A DNA stretch of 64,000 nt from an uncultured Gammaproteobacteria bacterium (lineage in GTDB: Bacteria; Pseudomonadota; Gammaproteobacteria; Natronospirales; REEB76): the NCBI GenBank assembly GCA_964584665.1, contig CAZPAO010000001.1, positions 83,681 to 147,680 on the forward strand, given 5' to 3'. The notes beneath the pieces were generated by a model. That model saw only the letters and a program-made list of their open reading frames with translations, made no database searches and was not told the origin of the DNA. Shown here piece after piece: positions 1 to 8,593 of this stretch. How positions within the stretch are numbered: the first letter of the stretch is position 1; the number at the start of each line of letters is the position of its first letter. The translations under genes and the position numbers were made by a program.

Positions 1-2
1 GC

Positions 3-245
3 GTGATATCCCGCTTCGTGGACTCCTTCCTCATGGTGGTGTCCGCCCATCGCACGCCGCGCCCGATGCTGGAGGAGGCCCTCGACCTCGTCGGCCCGGA
101 CAAGCTGATGGGACTCATCTACAACCGCGGGGAACTGATGCCGCGCAGCTATTATGGCTACTATCGCTACGGCAAGCCGATGTCCGAGCAGATCAAGCGG
201 CGCGAGCCGCGCGTGCAGGTGCAGGGCGTCCCGAGCGATGGCTGA
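3..245 (+). CDS. 3' end of a chain-length-determinant / BY-type tyrosine autokinase (EpsG/Wzc/CpsD-like); the gene starts upstream of the window
   Basis: ORF is open to the window edge. The C-terminal tyrosine cluster SYYGYYRYG is typical of bacterial tyrosine autokinases. Its stop overlaps the next start (ATGGCTGA). Confidence 0.65.
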   Translation: MISRFVDSFLMVVSAHRTPRPMLEEALDLVGPDKLMGLIYNRGELMPRSYYGYYRYGKPMSEQIKRREPRVQVQGVPSDG

Positions 246-1398
246 TTCGGTCGTCATCCTCGGCACCAGTCCGCTCGCCGTGAGGATCGCGGCGGAGATC
301 CACGGCCGCGCGGGTCGCGAGACCCTGTCGGGCGTGATCAGCGAGGTGCCTGGGGTGCGGCCTGAGTTCGAATGCCAGCATCTGGGTTCGTTGCCAGACC
401 TGCAGCGGATACTCGCTGGCCTGCGCCCGGACCGGGTAATCGTCGCCATGGAGGAGCAGTACGGCCAGTTGAGCGCGGACCTGCTGGTGGAGATCCAGGC
501 GGGCCGCAACCTGACCGTCGAGACCGGCATGGATGCCTATGAGCGGCTCACCGGCAAGCTCGCCATCGAGTCGCTCACCGCGAAGACCGTGCTTTTCTCC
601 AGCGGCTTCCGCCCCTCGCGTCCGGCGCTCTTGTTCGCGAGGGCTTATAGCCTCATCGCCGGCGCCGTCGGGTCCGTGCTGTTCCTCCCGTTCATGGCAT
701 TGGTGGCGCTGGCCATCCGTCTCGAGTCCGATGGTCCCGTCCTGTTCGTGCAGGAGCGGGTGGGTCTGGGCGGCAAGCGTTTCAAACTCCTCAAGTTCCG
801 CAGCATGCGTGCCGCCGATGGCAGGCACAGCGAATGGGCGGGGGACAATGAGCAGCGCATAACCCGCGTCGGGCGCGTGCTGCGCAAATTCCGGCTCGAT
901 GAGTTGCCCCAGTTCATCAACGTCCTTCGTGGCGACATGAACCTGGTGGGGCCGCGCCCGCACCCGGACAGCAACCGCCGCCTTTTCATCCTGGTCTCGC
1001 GCAATACGCCCGAATGCGGGGAGCAGATACCGTATTACTCGCTGCGTTCATCGATACGTCCCGGGATCACCGGCTGGGCCCAGGTCCGTTACAAGTATGC
1101 CAATGGCCTGGATGAGGAGATCGAGAAGCTGCGCTATGACCTGTACTACATCAAGCATCACTCGGCCTGGCTGGACCTGCGCATCCTGTTCGAGACCGTG
1201 AAGGTGGTGCTCATGGGCCACCGCAAGGTCGAGCCCGAAGCTCCGCGCATGCCGGCCCTCGAGGACTTCGAACCGATCGACTCCGAAGCCAGCCAGCCGC
1301 TGCTGCCAGGACTGGCCCGTGCGTTGCAATCCCGCGATTACGGGCGCCGGCCGCCGCGTCACCAGCTCGGCCCGGACCGCCTCGGTGGCGCACCGTGA
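238..1398 (+). CDS. Polyprenyl-phosphate sugar phosphotransferase (bacterial sugar transferase family, WbaP/EpsB-like initiating enzyme)
   Basis: Family motifs FKLLKFRSM, DELPQFINVLRGDMNLVGPRP and RPGITGWAQV, with a TM helix before the catalytic domain. I moved the start from ORF-track 154 to ATG 238 (MADSVVILG), which overlaps the upstream stop. Confidence 0.85.
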   Translation: MADSVVILGTSPLAVRIAAEIHGRAGRETLSGVISEVPGVRPEFECQHLGSLPDLQRILAGLRPDRVIVAMEEQYGQLSADLLVEIQAGRNLTVETGMDAYERLTGKLAIESLTAKTVLFSSGFRPSRPALLFARAYSLIAGAVGSVLFLPFMALVALAIRLESDGPVLFVQERVGLGGKRFKLLKFRSMRAADGRHSEWAGDNEQRITRVGRVLRKFRLDELPQFINVLRGDMNLVGPRPHPDSNRRLFILVSRNTPECGEQIPYYSLRSSIRPGITGWAQVRYKYANGLDEEIEKLRYDLYYIKHHSAWLDLRILFETVKVVLMGHRKVEPEAPRMPALEDFEPIDSEASQPLLPGLARALQSRDYGRRPPRHQLGPDRLGGAP

Positions 1399-2447
1399 TC
1401 CTGGAATCCACCCCGGACTACGCCCTGGGTTCACGTCTCGGTGAGGCGGAATTCCTGGACGCCCGCACCACGCCTCTGCGCATCACGGCCCTGGGCGGCG
1501 GCACCGGCCTCGCCGCAGTGCTGCAAGGTCTGCGGATGGAGCACTTCCCCCACGGGATGCGCGATGAGTACGACCATGAGCGCCTCACTGCCATCGTCAC
1601 GGTGGCGGATGACGGCGGCAGCTCCGGCGCACTACGCCGCGGCTACAACATCCTGGCCCCGGGCGACATCCGCAACTGCCTGCTGGCCTTGTCGGACGCG
1701 GACCCGACGTTGCAGGAGCTGTTCAACTTCCGTTTCGACGGCGCCCTGGACGGCCACAGCCTCGGCAACCTGATGCTGACGGCGTTGGCGCTGATGGAGA
1801 AGGATTTCGGCAGGGCGGTGGAGCGGGCCGGCAAGCTCCTGGAGATCCGCGGCCGGGTCCTCCCGGCGACCCTGGATGACGTGGAGCTATTGGCGGAGTT
1901 CGCCGACGGCAGCTGCAGCATCGGCGAGTCCTGCATCACCGCCGCTGGTCGGCGCATCCAGCGGGTCTCGCTGGTGCCGCGCCTGATCCGTGCCTTGCCC
2001 CAGGCCCTGAACGCCATCGCGGGTTCGCACCTCGTGGTGTTAGGCCCCGGCAGCCTTTATACCAGCCTCATCCCCGTGCTGCTGGTGCGCGGCATCGTCG
2101 AGGCCATCGCGAACTCCGGCGCGAAGGTGGTGGTGGTGATGAACCTCATGACCGAACCGGGCGAGACCGACGGCTATTCCGCCGCCGACGTCGTCAACGC
2201 CTTGCGCGACCATGCGCCCGAACTTCCCATACACGGCGTGCTGTTCAACAGCACTCGCCCTTCGGCAGAGCATCTCAGGCGGTATGCCGCCTCCGGCTCT
2301 GAACCGATAGTCGTCGATCCTGTTTTCATAAAGGCCCTGGGCTGCCGCGCACTCAAGTGCGATCTGCTCGGCGATGGGCCGAAAGTCCGCCATGAGCCGC
2401 GCAAGCTGGCCAAGGCTCTCCTGAACCTGGCTCTAGAGGAAAAGTAA
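1395..2447 (+). CDS. YvcK/GlmR-family (UPF0052, CofD-like) protein
   Basis: Motifs ALGGGTGLAAVLQGL, IVTVADDGGSSG and PGDIRNCL. GTGA overlap with the upstream stop and TAATG overlap with the downstream start. Confidence 0.75.
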   Translation: MILESTPDYALGSRLGEAEFLDARTTPLRITALGGGTGLAAVLQGLRMEHFPHGMRDEYDHERLTAIVTVADDGGSSGALRRGYNILAPGDIRNCLLALSDADPTLQELFNFRFDGALDGHSLGNLMLTALALMEKDFGRAVERAGKLLEIRGRVLPATLDDVELLAEFADGSCSIGESCITAAGRRIQRVSLVPRLIRALPQALNAIAGSHLVVLGPGSLYTSLIPVLLVRGIVEAIANSGAKVVVVMNLMTEPGETDGYSAADVVNALRDHAPELPIHGVLFNSTRPSAEHLRRYAASGSEPIVVDPVFIKALGCRALKCDLLGDGPKVRHEPRKLAKALLNLALEEK

Positions 2448-3757
2448 TGAACGCCAAAGTTTTGAGTGAACGCATCGAGAACCGCGCCGCGCGCATCACC
2501 GTCATCGGCCAGGGCTATGTAGGCCTGCCGCTGGCGATCGCCTTCGCGCACGCCGGTTTCAAGGTGACCGGCCTGGACTCCAGTCTCGAGCGCGTGGAAG
2601 CCCTGAACCAGGGCCGCTCACCCATCGCCGATGTCCCGCATGCGGAACTGCAGCATCTGCGCGGCACCGGCCACTACACCGCCACCACGGACTACGCGGC
2701 GCTCGCTGACACGGACGTGGCCATCATCTGCGTGCCCACGCCGCTGCGCAAGACCAAGGACCCGGACATCTCCTACGTGATGGCCGCCTCGGAAGAGGTC
2801 GCTGAACACCTGCATCCCGGTCAGCTGGTGGTGCTCGAGTCCACGACCTATCCCGGCACAACCGAGGAGATCCTGCTGCCGCTGTTCTCGGATAAGGGCG
2901 GCGAGGCGGGCGTGGACTTCTTCCTGGCTTTCTCGCCGGAGCGCATCGACCCCAACAACGCCAAGTTCAAGGTGGGCGACATCCCGAAGGTCGTGGGCGG
3001 CGTGACCAATGAATGCGCGCGCCTCGCGGCCCAGGTCTACAAGACCATCGTGCCCAAGGTCATGGAGGTCTCCAGCCCGCGCGTGGCGGAGATGGCCAAG
3101 CTCTACGAGAACGTGTTCCGTAACGTCAACATCGCTCTCGCCAACGAGCTGGCACTCATGTGCCACCGCCTGGGGGTAAACACCCGCGAAGTGATCGACG
3201 CGGCAGCCACCAAGCCCTTCGGCTTCATGCCGTTCCACCCGGGTCCGGGCGTGGGCGGCCACTGCATCGGCATCGATTCCCAGTATCTCGCCTGGAAGAT
3301 GAAGTTGAACGGCTATGACGCCCGTTTCATCCACCTGGCCGAGGAGATCAACCAGTCCATGCCCGCGCGCGTGGTGCAGATGCTCTCCGACGCCCTCAAT
3401 ACCCGGCAGCGGTCGCTGAAGGGAGCCAAGGTGCTGGCCCTCGGCGTCGCCTACAAGTCGAACGTTGACGACATCCGCGAATCTCCCGCCCTCGAGGTGA
3501 TCCACTTGCTGCAGCAGCGCGGCGCCCAGGTCACTTATGCCGACCCGCACGTGCCCAAGGTCGCCTTCAACGGCACCCGGCTGGAAGCGGTGCTGCCGGA
3601 CGACAAGGCGGTGCGCGATTCGGACTGCGTGCTGATCCTCACGGACCACAGCGGCTTCGACTATAACCACATCACCGATGCCGCCTCGCTGGTGGTGGAT
3701 ACCCGCAACGCCACCTGGGGGATACTGAATCCCAAGGCCGAAGTGATCCGCCTGTGA
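2447..3757 (+). CDS. Nucleotide-sugar 6-dehydrogenase, UDP-N-acetylhexosamine type (WbpA/TviB/WecC-like)
   Basis: N-terminal NAD loop VIGQGYVGLPLA and catalytic-Cys region PGPGVGGHCIGID. 436 aa, a typical family length. Confidence 0.85.
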   Translation: MNAKVLSERIENRAARITVIGQGYVGLPLAIAFAHAGFKVTGLDSSLERVEALNQGRSPIADVPHAELQHLRGTGHYTATTDYAALADTDVAIICVPTPLRKTKDPDISYVMAASEEVAEHLHPGQLVVLESTTYPGTTEEILLPLFSDKGGEAGVDFFLAFSPERIDPNNAKFKVGDIPKVVGGVTNECARLAAQVYKTIVPKVMEVSSPRVAEMAKLYENVFRNVNIALANELALMCHRLGVNTREVIDAAATKPFGFMPFHPGPGVGGHCIGIDSQYLAWKMKLNGYDARFIHLAEEINQSMPARVVQMLSDALNTRQRSLKGAKVLALGVAYKSNVDDIRESPALEVIHLLQQRGAQVTYADPHVPKVAFNGTRLEAVLPDDKAVRDSDCVLILTDHSGFDYNHITDAASLVVDTRNATWGILNPKAEVIRL

Positions 3758-5109
3758 GCACTGAGGTCTCGGGCTGGTGGCGGCCGGCGACGGCCGCCAC
3801 CGGGCCCGCACTCCTGCCGGTAGAGACCGGCACGGACGTCTCCCGCGGCAGCAAGCTGGCGTTCTGGGCGCTCATGGCCTTCACCTGCCTGCTGCTGCTC
3901 TCGCCCCAGTCCTTCGTACCGGCCTTGGGTGCGCTGCACCTGCCGCTGCTCACGGCGGTGGTGGCCGGGGCGGCATACGTCACGAGCCGGCTCGCGCGGC
4001 ATGCATCGCCGTTCGGCATCCGGCCCGAGGTGCGTATCGCGCTGTTCCTCGCTGCCTGGGCCCTGCTCAGCGTGCCGCTGTCCCTCTGGCCGGGCGGAAG
4101 TGTCGGTTTCTTCTTCGGTATCTATTTCAAGGCGCTCATCGTGTTCTGGCTGCTGACCGGCGTCGTGGACAGCCCGGAGCGCCTCCGGGTCGCCTCCTGG
4201 GTGCTGAGCCTGCTGGCCGCGCCGCTGGCGCTCGCGGCCATCAAGAACTACCTGTCGGGCGCGGGTCAGATGCAGGCCCAGACCCACGGTCTGGACCGGA
4301 TCAGCGGTTATGACGGCTCGCTCACCGCCAACCCCAACGACTTGGCCCTCATGCTAAACCTGATCCTCCCCCTCAGCATCGCGCTGTTCCTGTCCGCCCG
4401 CAGCCTGGTTGCCCGCTGTGTGCTGGCGGGGTTGATCGCCCTGGATGCGGTGGCCATCATCGCGAGCTTCTCCCGCGCCGGCTTCCTGGTGCTGGGACTC
4501 ACCGGTGCCGTCTATCTCGTGATCCTGTTCCGCCGCCGGCGCCACGGTCTCGCCGTGCTGGTACTGGGCGGAGCCCTGGCGGGTGTGGCGCTGTTGCCGG
4601 GGGCTTATCTCGACCGCCTCAGCACCATCACCGACATCAAGGCTGACCAGACTAATTCCGCCCAGACCCGCGCCCGCGACTACCTCACGGCTGCGAAGTA
4701 TGTGGTCGAACATCCCGTCATCGGCGCCGGTGTCGGCATGGACATCCTGGCCCTGAACGACGCGCGCGGAGCCACCTGGACCAAGGTGCATGACGTCTAT
4801 CTCGAATACGCCGTGGACCTGGGTCTGCCGGGCCTGATCCTGTTCCTGTGGTTGCTGCGGGCCATCTTCCGCAGCCTGAAGCGGGCGCGTCGCATAGCGG
4901 CGGCGGATCCGGAAGCGCTGAGCCTGCAATGCCTGCTCGAAGGGATCACCGTGAGCCTGGTGGGATTCATGCTGGCGGCATTGTTCTACCCCGATGCCTA
5001 TCAGTTCTATTTCTACTACATGGGTGGCCTCGCCATCGCCGGCGCGGCCATCGTCACCGCCCGGGACAGCATTCCAGCGGAACGACACGCTGCGGCGGTG
5101 GCTGCTTGA
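3754..5109 (+). CDS. O-antigen ligase/polymerase-like (Wzy_C) polytopic membrane protein
   Basis: About 10 hydrophobic helices and a Wzy_C-like segment SFSRAGFLVLGLTG. GTG start in a GTGA overlap with the upstream stop. Confidence 0.7.
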   Translation: MSTEVSGWWRPATAATGPALLPVETGTDVSRGSKLAFWALMAFTCLLLLSPQSFVPALGALHLPLLTAVVAGAAYVTSRLARHASPFGIRPEVRIALFLAAWALLSVPLSLWPGGSVGFFFGIYFKALIVFWLLTGVVDSPERLRVASWVLSLLAAPLALAAIKNYLSGAGQMQAQTHGLDRISGYDGSLTANPNDLALMLNLILPLSIALFLSARSLVARCVLAGLIALDAVAIIASFSRAGFLVLGLTGAVYLVILFRRRRHGLAVLVLGGALAGVALLPGAYLDRLSTITDIKADQTNSAQTRARDYLTAAKYVVEHPVIGAGVGMDILALNDARGATWTKVHDVYLEYAVDLGLPGLILFLWLLRAIFRSLKRARRIAAADPEALSLQCLLEGITVSLVGFMLAALFYPDAYQFYFYYMGGLAIAGAAIVTARDSIPAERHAAAVAA

Positions 5110-6320
5110 ACGCCGTCAACCCGCTCGCTGTCGGCGTCGAGACCGATCGTATCCGCCTGGTGAAGTTCCTGGCCCAGTTCGGGGTCGGGGGCACCGAGAA
5201 GCAGGTAGCGAACCTGACCAAGCGCATGGACCGCGAAGCCTTCGATCTCAGCTTCGCCTGTCTCAAACGCTGGGGCACCTTGCTGGAGGAGATCGAGGGC
5301 CGCCAGGGCCTCGCGGTCGCCGAATACCCGCTCAGCAGTTTCTACGAACCCAACGCCTTCTGGCAGCAGTTCCGGTTCGCGCGGATGCTGCGCCGCAATG
5401 GGACCCAGATCGTCCACAGCTACAACTTCTACGGCAACATGTTCAGCGTACCGGCCGCGCGGTTGGCCGGCGTGCCCTGCATCGTCGCCTCCATCCGCGA
5501 CATGGGGGTGTACAACACACCATTCCAACTCAAGGCCCAGAGGCTGGTCTGCAAGCTCGCAGACCGGGTGCTGGTGAACGCCGGCGCCATCCGCGACTGG
5601 CTGGTGGAAGAGGGCTACCCGACGCGTAAGATCGAAGTGGTCAGGAACGGCGTGGATACCTCGCGCTTCGTGCCACGCAACGATGGCGCGGCGCTGCGCC
5701 GCGAACTCCAGCTGCCCCCTGGCGTGCCCCTCGTGCTTATGTTGGCGCGCATCAATCCCAAGAAGGGCATCGATACGTTCATCGACGCCGCAGTGCGCAT
5801 ACATGCCCGCCACCCGCAAGCCTATTTCCTGGCGGTGGGTGAGTCCTTCATCCGCGATGCCGATGGCGTCGTGCACGTGGATGCCTCCTACAAGCGTTCC
5901 TTGCAGGAGCAGGTGGACCGGCTCGGCCTCACCGAACGCTTCCGTTTCACGGGTCTGCGCAAGGACGTACCACAGGTGTTGGCCGCCGCCGCGGTGTCGG
6001 TGCTGCCGTCCCTGAGCGAAGGCATCTCCAACACGCTGCTGGAATCCATGGCGGCGGGCGTACCGGTGGTGGCGAGCCGCGTGGGCGGCACACCCGAAGC
6101 CATCACCCACGGCCAGCACGGCCTGCTGGTGGAACCGCAGGACCCGCAGGGTCTGGCTGATGCGGTATGCGCCATCCTCGATGATCCCGCGCTCGCAGAC
6201 CGGCTCAGCCGACAGGGGCGCGAGCGCATGGTGGCCGAATTCTCCTTCGAGGCGGTGGTACGCCGCACCGAAGAGATCTACCGGGAGCTGCTCGCCGAGA
6301 AGACCGGCCGCGCCGCCTAA
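5106..6320 (+). CDS. Glycosyltransferase family 4 (GT-B)
   Basis: C-terminal GT4 signature PSLSEGISNTLLESMAAGVPVVASRVGGTPE. The ORF-track start 4848 lies inside the previous gene. A TTG at 5106 overlaps the upstream stop (cTTGA). The start is uncertain because a downstream GTG is also possible. Confidence 0.8.
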   Translation: MNAVNPLAVGVETDRIRLVKFLAQFGVGGTEKQVANLTKRMDREAFDLSFACLKRWGTLLEEIEGRQGLAVAEYPLSSFYEPNAFWQQFRFARMLRRNGTQIVHSYNFYGNMFSVPAARLAGVPCIVASIRDMGVYNTPFQLKAQRLVCKLADRVLVNAGAIRDWLVEEGYPTRKIEVVRNGVDTSRFVPRNDGAALRRELQLPPGVPLVLMLARINPKKGIDTFIDAAVRIHARHPQAYFLAVGESFIRDADGVVHVDASYKRSLQEQVDRLGLTERFRFTGLRKDVPQVLAAAAVSVLPSLSEGISNTLLESMAAGVPVVASRVGGTPEAITHGQHGLLVEPQDPQGLADAVCAILDDPALADRLSRQGRERMVAEFSFEAVVRRTEEIYRELLAEKTGRAA

Positions 6321-6379
6321 CGACTTCCACGGCCTGTCCCATACCGGCACGGGCCCCTCAAGACTCCTTCGAGGCATAC

Positions 6380-7756
6380 ATGACCGAGATGCTCCAACAC
6401 TGGGTGACCGGCCAGGCCGGTCGCCGCGGCGACGCCACGGCGGTGGTGCTGCAGGACGAACGCCTTAGCTATGGCGAACTGGAGGTGCTCTCCAACCAGT
6501 TGGCCCGGGCTCTCAAGGAGCGAGGCTGCGTACGCGGCGACCGCATCGCGCTGTTCCTGCCGAAGTCGCCCCTGGCCATCGTCTGCATGCTCGGCATCTA
6601 CAAGGCCGACTGCATCTATGTGCCCCTGGACACCACGAGTTCGAGTCAGCGCCTGGCGCGCATCATCGCCGCGAGCGGCAGCCGTTGCATGCTGACCGCT
6701 GCGAGTCTGGCAGCCCAGGTGCGCGAACTGCTCGCCGAACCGGGCCTCCCGTCCCTGCGGGTGGGCTGGCTGGGCACCCCGGCGGATCCCGCCGGCCTGC
6801 CTCTCAGCTTCCGTTTCTCGGATATCGGCATGCTGCCCGGCATACCGGTGCAAAGCGCCTACCGTGCCCAAGACCCTGCCCAGATCCTCTATGACCCCGC
6901 CGACGGCGCGCCGTTGCGGGGCGTGGTGCTGAGCCATGCCAACACGGTGGCAACCGTGGCCTGGGCGGCCCGTCACTTCCGTCTCGGTGAGTCCGACCGG
7001 CTGGCGGGTCACGCCTCGCTTTCGTCCCAGCACTCGCTGTTGGACGTGTTCGGCAGCGCTGCCGCGGGCGCCGAACTGCACCTGGTTCCGGCTGACTGCC
7101 ACCATCTGCCCAAGCGCCTCGCCGCCTGGATACGCGATTCGGGCATCACCCATTGGTCCTCGTCCCCGAGCGTGCTCGACACCATGGCGCGCCTGGATGC
7201 GGTGCAGCCCTGGGACTTCCCGGACCTGCGACGCGTGCTGTGGCACGGCGATGCCTTGCCGGGGGACTCCCTGGGCTACTGGATGGAGCGCCTGCCGCAT
7301 GCGGCCTTCACCGGTCTGCATGGCAGTGCCGAGACCCTCGTCGCCGGCCATCACACCGCGGCGAGCTTCCCGGAAGGGGAGAGCGCATTCCCCATCGGTT
7401 CGGCCGCGGGCGCAGAACTGCTGGTGCTGGACCATAACCTGCAGCCGGTGTCGGCCGGCGCGACCGGCGAACTCTACATCAAGGGCCCGAGCCTGAGCGG
7501 TGGGTACTGGGACGATCCCGAATCCACCGCGCGCATCTTCCCGACGCTGGAGGGGGTGGGGCGTGTGTACCGCAGCGGATTGCAGGCGCGCCTGGGCGAG
7601 GACGGTCTCGTCTACCCCGCCTCAGATGCCAGCGCCGTCGAAGCCGTGGCGTCCGCCTCACCCGATGAGGCTGAGGGGCGGCTGACGCGGCCTTTGCCCG
7701 CCGGACGCTGGAGCGCCTGGCAGGAGCTTCCCGGTGGCGTGGACCGGCCGGTCTAG
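6380..7756 (+). CDS. AMP-dependent synthetase/ligase (adenylate-forming) homolog with degenerate catalytic motifs and no recognisable C-terminal subdomain
   Basis: A1 LSYGEL, A2 YKADCIYVPLD and A6 GELYIKGPSLSGGYW are recognisable. A3 reads ILYDPADGAPLRG instead of YTSGSTGxPKG, and A7 reads YRSGLQAR instead of YRTGDL. A8 and A10 are absent. Confidence 0.7.
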   Translation: MTEMLQHWVTGQAGRRGDATAVVLQDERLSYGELEVLSNQLARALKERGCVRGDRIALFLPKSPLAIVCMLGIYKADCIYVPLDTTSSSQRLARIIAASGSRCMLTAASLAAQVRELLAEPGLPSLRVGWLGTPADPAGLPLSFRFSDIGMLPGIPVQSAYRAQDPAQILYDPADGAPLRGVVLSHANTVATVAWAARHFRLGESDRLAGHASLSSQHSLLDVFGSAAAGAELHLVPADCHHLPKRLAAWIRDSGITHWSSSPSVLDTMARLDAVQPWDFPDLRRVLWHGDALPGDSLGYWMERLPHAAFTGLHGSAETLVAGHHTAASFPEGESAFPIGSAAGAELLVLDHNLQPVSAGATGELYIKGPSLSGGYWDDPESTARIFPTLEGVGRVYRSGLQARLGEDGLVYPASDASAVEAVASASPDEAEGRLTRPLPAGRWSAWQELPGGVDRPV

Positions 7757-7767
7757 GCGAGGCAGAC

Positions 7768-8304
7768 ATGGAACTGATACCTCTCGATGACGAAGGGACC
7801 CTGCGGCTGGTGTCCCGCTGGCTGGCGGACGGCGAGGACCATCCCTGGCTCCACCTCGGTGGCAGCGAGCAGCGTCTCAGCGCCGGCAACATGCGGCGCA
7901 TGATCGATGACGAGGCGCACATTGTGCGCGTCTTCACCTCGGACGAGGCGGGCGTGCCCATCGGCCTCGTCGCCCTGAGCAGCGTGAACCCGGACTTCCG
8001 CACCGCGGTGTTATGGGCATTCCTCGCCGACCGTGGCCATGAGCCGGGCAGTTACCTGCGCCGCGCCGCTTCCGCGATGCTGACCCTGGGTTTCTCGGAA
8101 CACGGTCTCGAGTGCATCAACGCATGGACGCTCGAGGGTAACCAGGATTCCCTGCGCGTACTCCAGGAACTTAACTTCAGGCCCATCGGGCGCGAACGCC
8201 GCGCCGAGTCCAAGGATGGACGCGATTTCGACAAACTGCTCTTCGAACTCATGGCGGCTGAACACAGGAGTGACGATGCACGTGACGCCCGCACTGCTGG
8301 ATAG
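7768..8304 (+). CDS. GNAT-family N-acetyltransferase (RimJ/RimL-like)
   Basis: 178 aa. The C-terminal half (LECINAWTLEGNQDSLRVLQELNFRPIGRER) resembles Acetyltransf_3-type GNATs. Confidence 0.6.
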   Translation: MELIPLDDEGTLRLVSRWLADGEDHPWLHLGGSEQRLSAGNMRRMIDDEAHIVRVFTSDEAGVPIGLVALSSVNPDFRTAVLWAFLADRGHEPGSYLRRAASAMLTLGFSEHGLECINAWTLEGNQDSLRVLQELNFRPIGRERRAESKDGRDFDKLLFELMAAEHRSDDARDARTAG

Positions 8305-8593
8305 GGTCTACGGACTGTTCGAGCGGGTCCTGAACCAACCGGCCCCGGCGCCGGAGGCTGATCTGTTCGAGAGCGGCACGCTGGATTCGCTCGAGTTCAC
8401 CAACCTGCTGTTGGTGCTGGACCGCGAGTTCGACCTGAAGCTCAGTTTCCAAAACATGAACCTGGAGTGTTTCCGCTCCCTGGGCAGCATCGCCCGCTTC
8501 GTCGCCGGCCACACCGGCCTCGATGCGGCACTGACTGGGCTCAGCGGAGACGATGTGGACCGGCCGCTGCTGGTGCGGTTGGAGAACAGCTGA
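8276..8593 (+). CDS. Acyl/peptidyl carrier protein (DltC/ACP-like)
   Basis: Phosphopantetheine attachment motif GTLDSLEF in a ~100-aa acidic protein. ATG 8276 is preceded by AGGAG. The ORF-track start 8216 overlaps the GNAT gene. Confidence 0.75.
   Translation: MHVTPALLDRVYGLFERVLNQPAPAPEADLFESGTLDSLEFTNLLLVLDREFDLKLSFQNMNLECFRSLGSIARFVAGHTGLDAALTGLSGDDVDRPLLVRLENS

Noticed and set aside
154-237. N-terminal extensions proposed by the longest-ORF track. Examples: 154 for the sugar transferase, 4848 for GT4, 8216 for the carrier protein, 8467 for the CelD-like gene, 15286 for the HAF protein, 16407, 17597, 23643, 28595, 45880, 45801, 48459, 49787, 53271, 53400, 56196, 57265, 57012, 58318.
   Set aside because: The extensions overlap the preceding gene and are Arg/Pro/Ser-rich with no homology-like sequence. 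Downstream ATG or GTG codons give canonical N-termini, RBSs or 1-4-nt coupled junctions.
2618-3811. Long antisense or out-of-frame ORFs throughout the window. Examples: 2618-3811(-), 5016-6377(-), 6317-7435(-), 18983-20518(-), 20582-21712(-), 28685-30304(-), 33332-34687(+), 41173-42375(+), 51586-53352(+), 54463-56181(+), 57273-58664(-).
   Set aside because: They are Arg/Ala/Gly/Pro/His-rich shadow ORFs, typical of high-GC DNA. They lack any family motifs, and each lies opposite a gene with clear homology-type motifs and sensible operon junctions.
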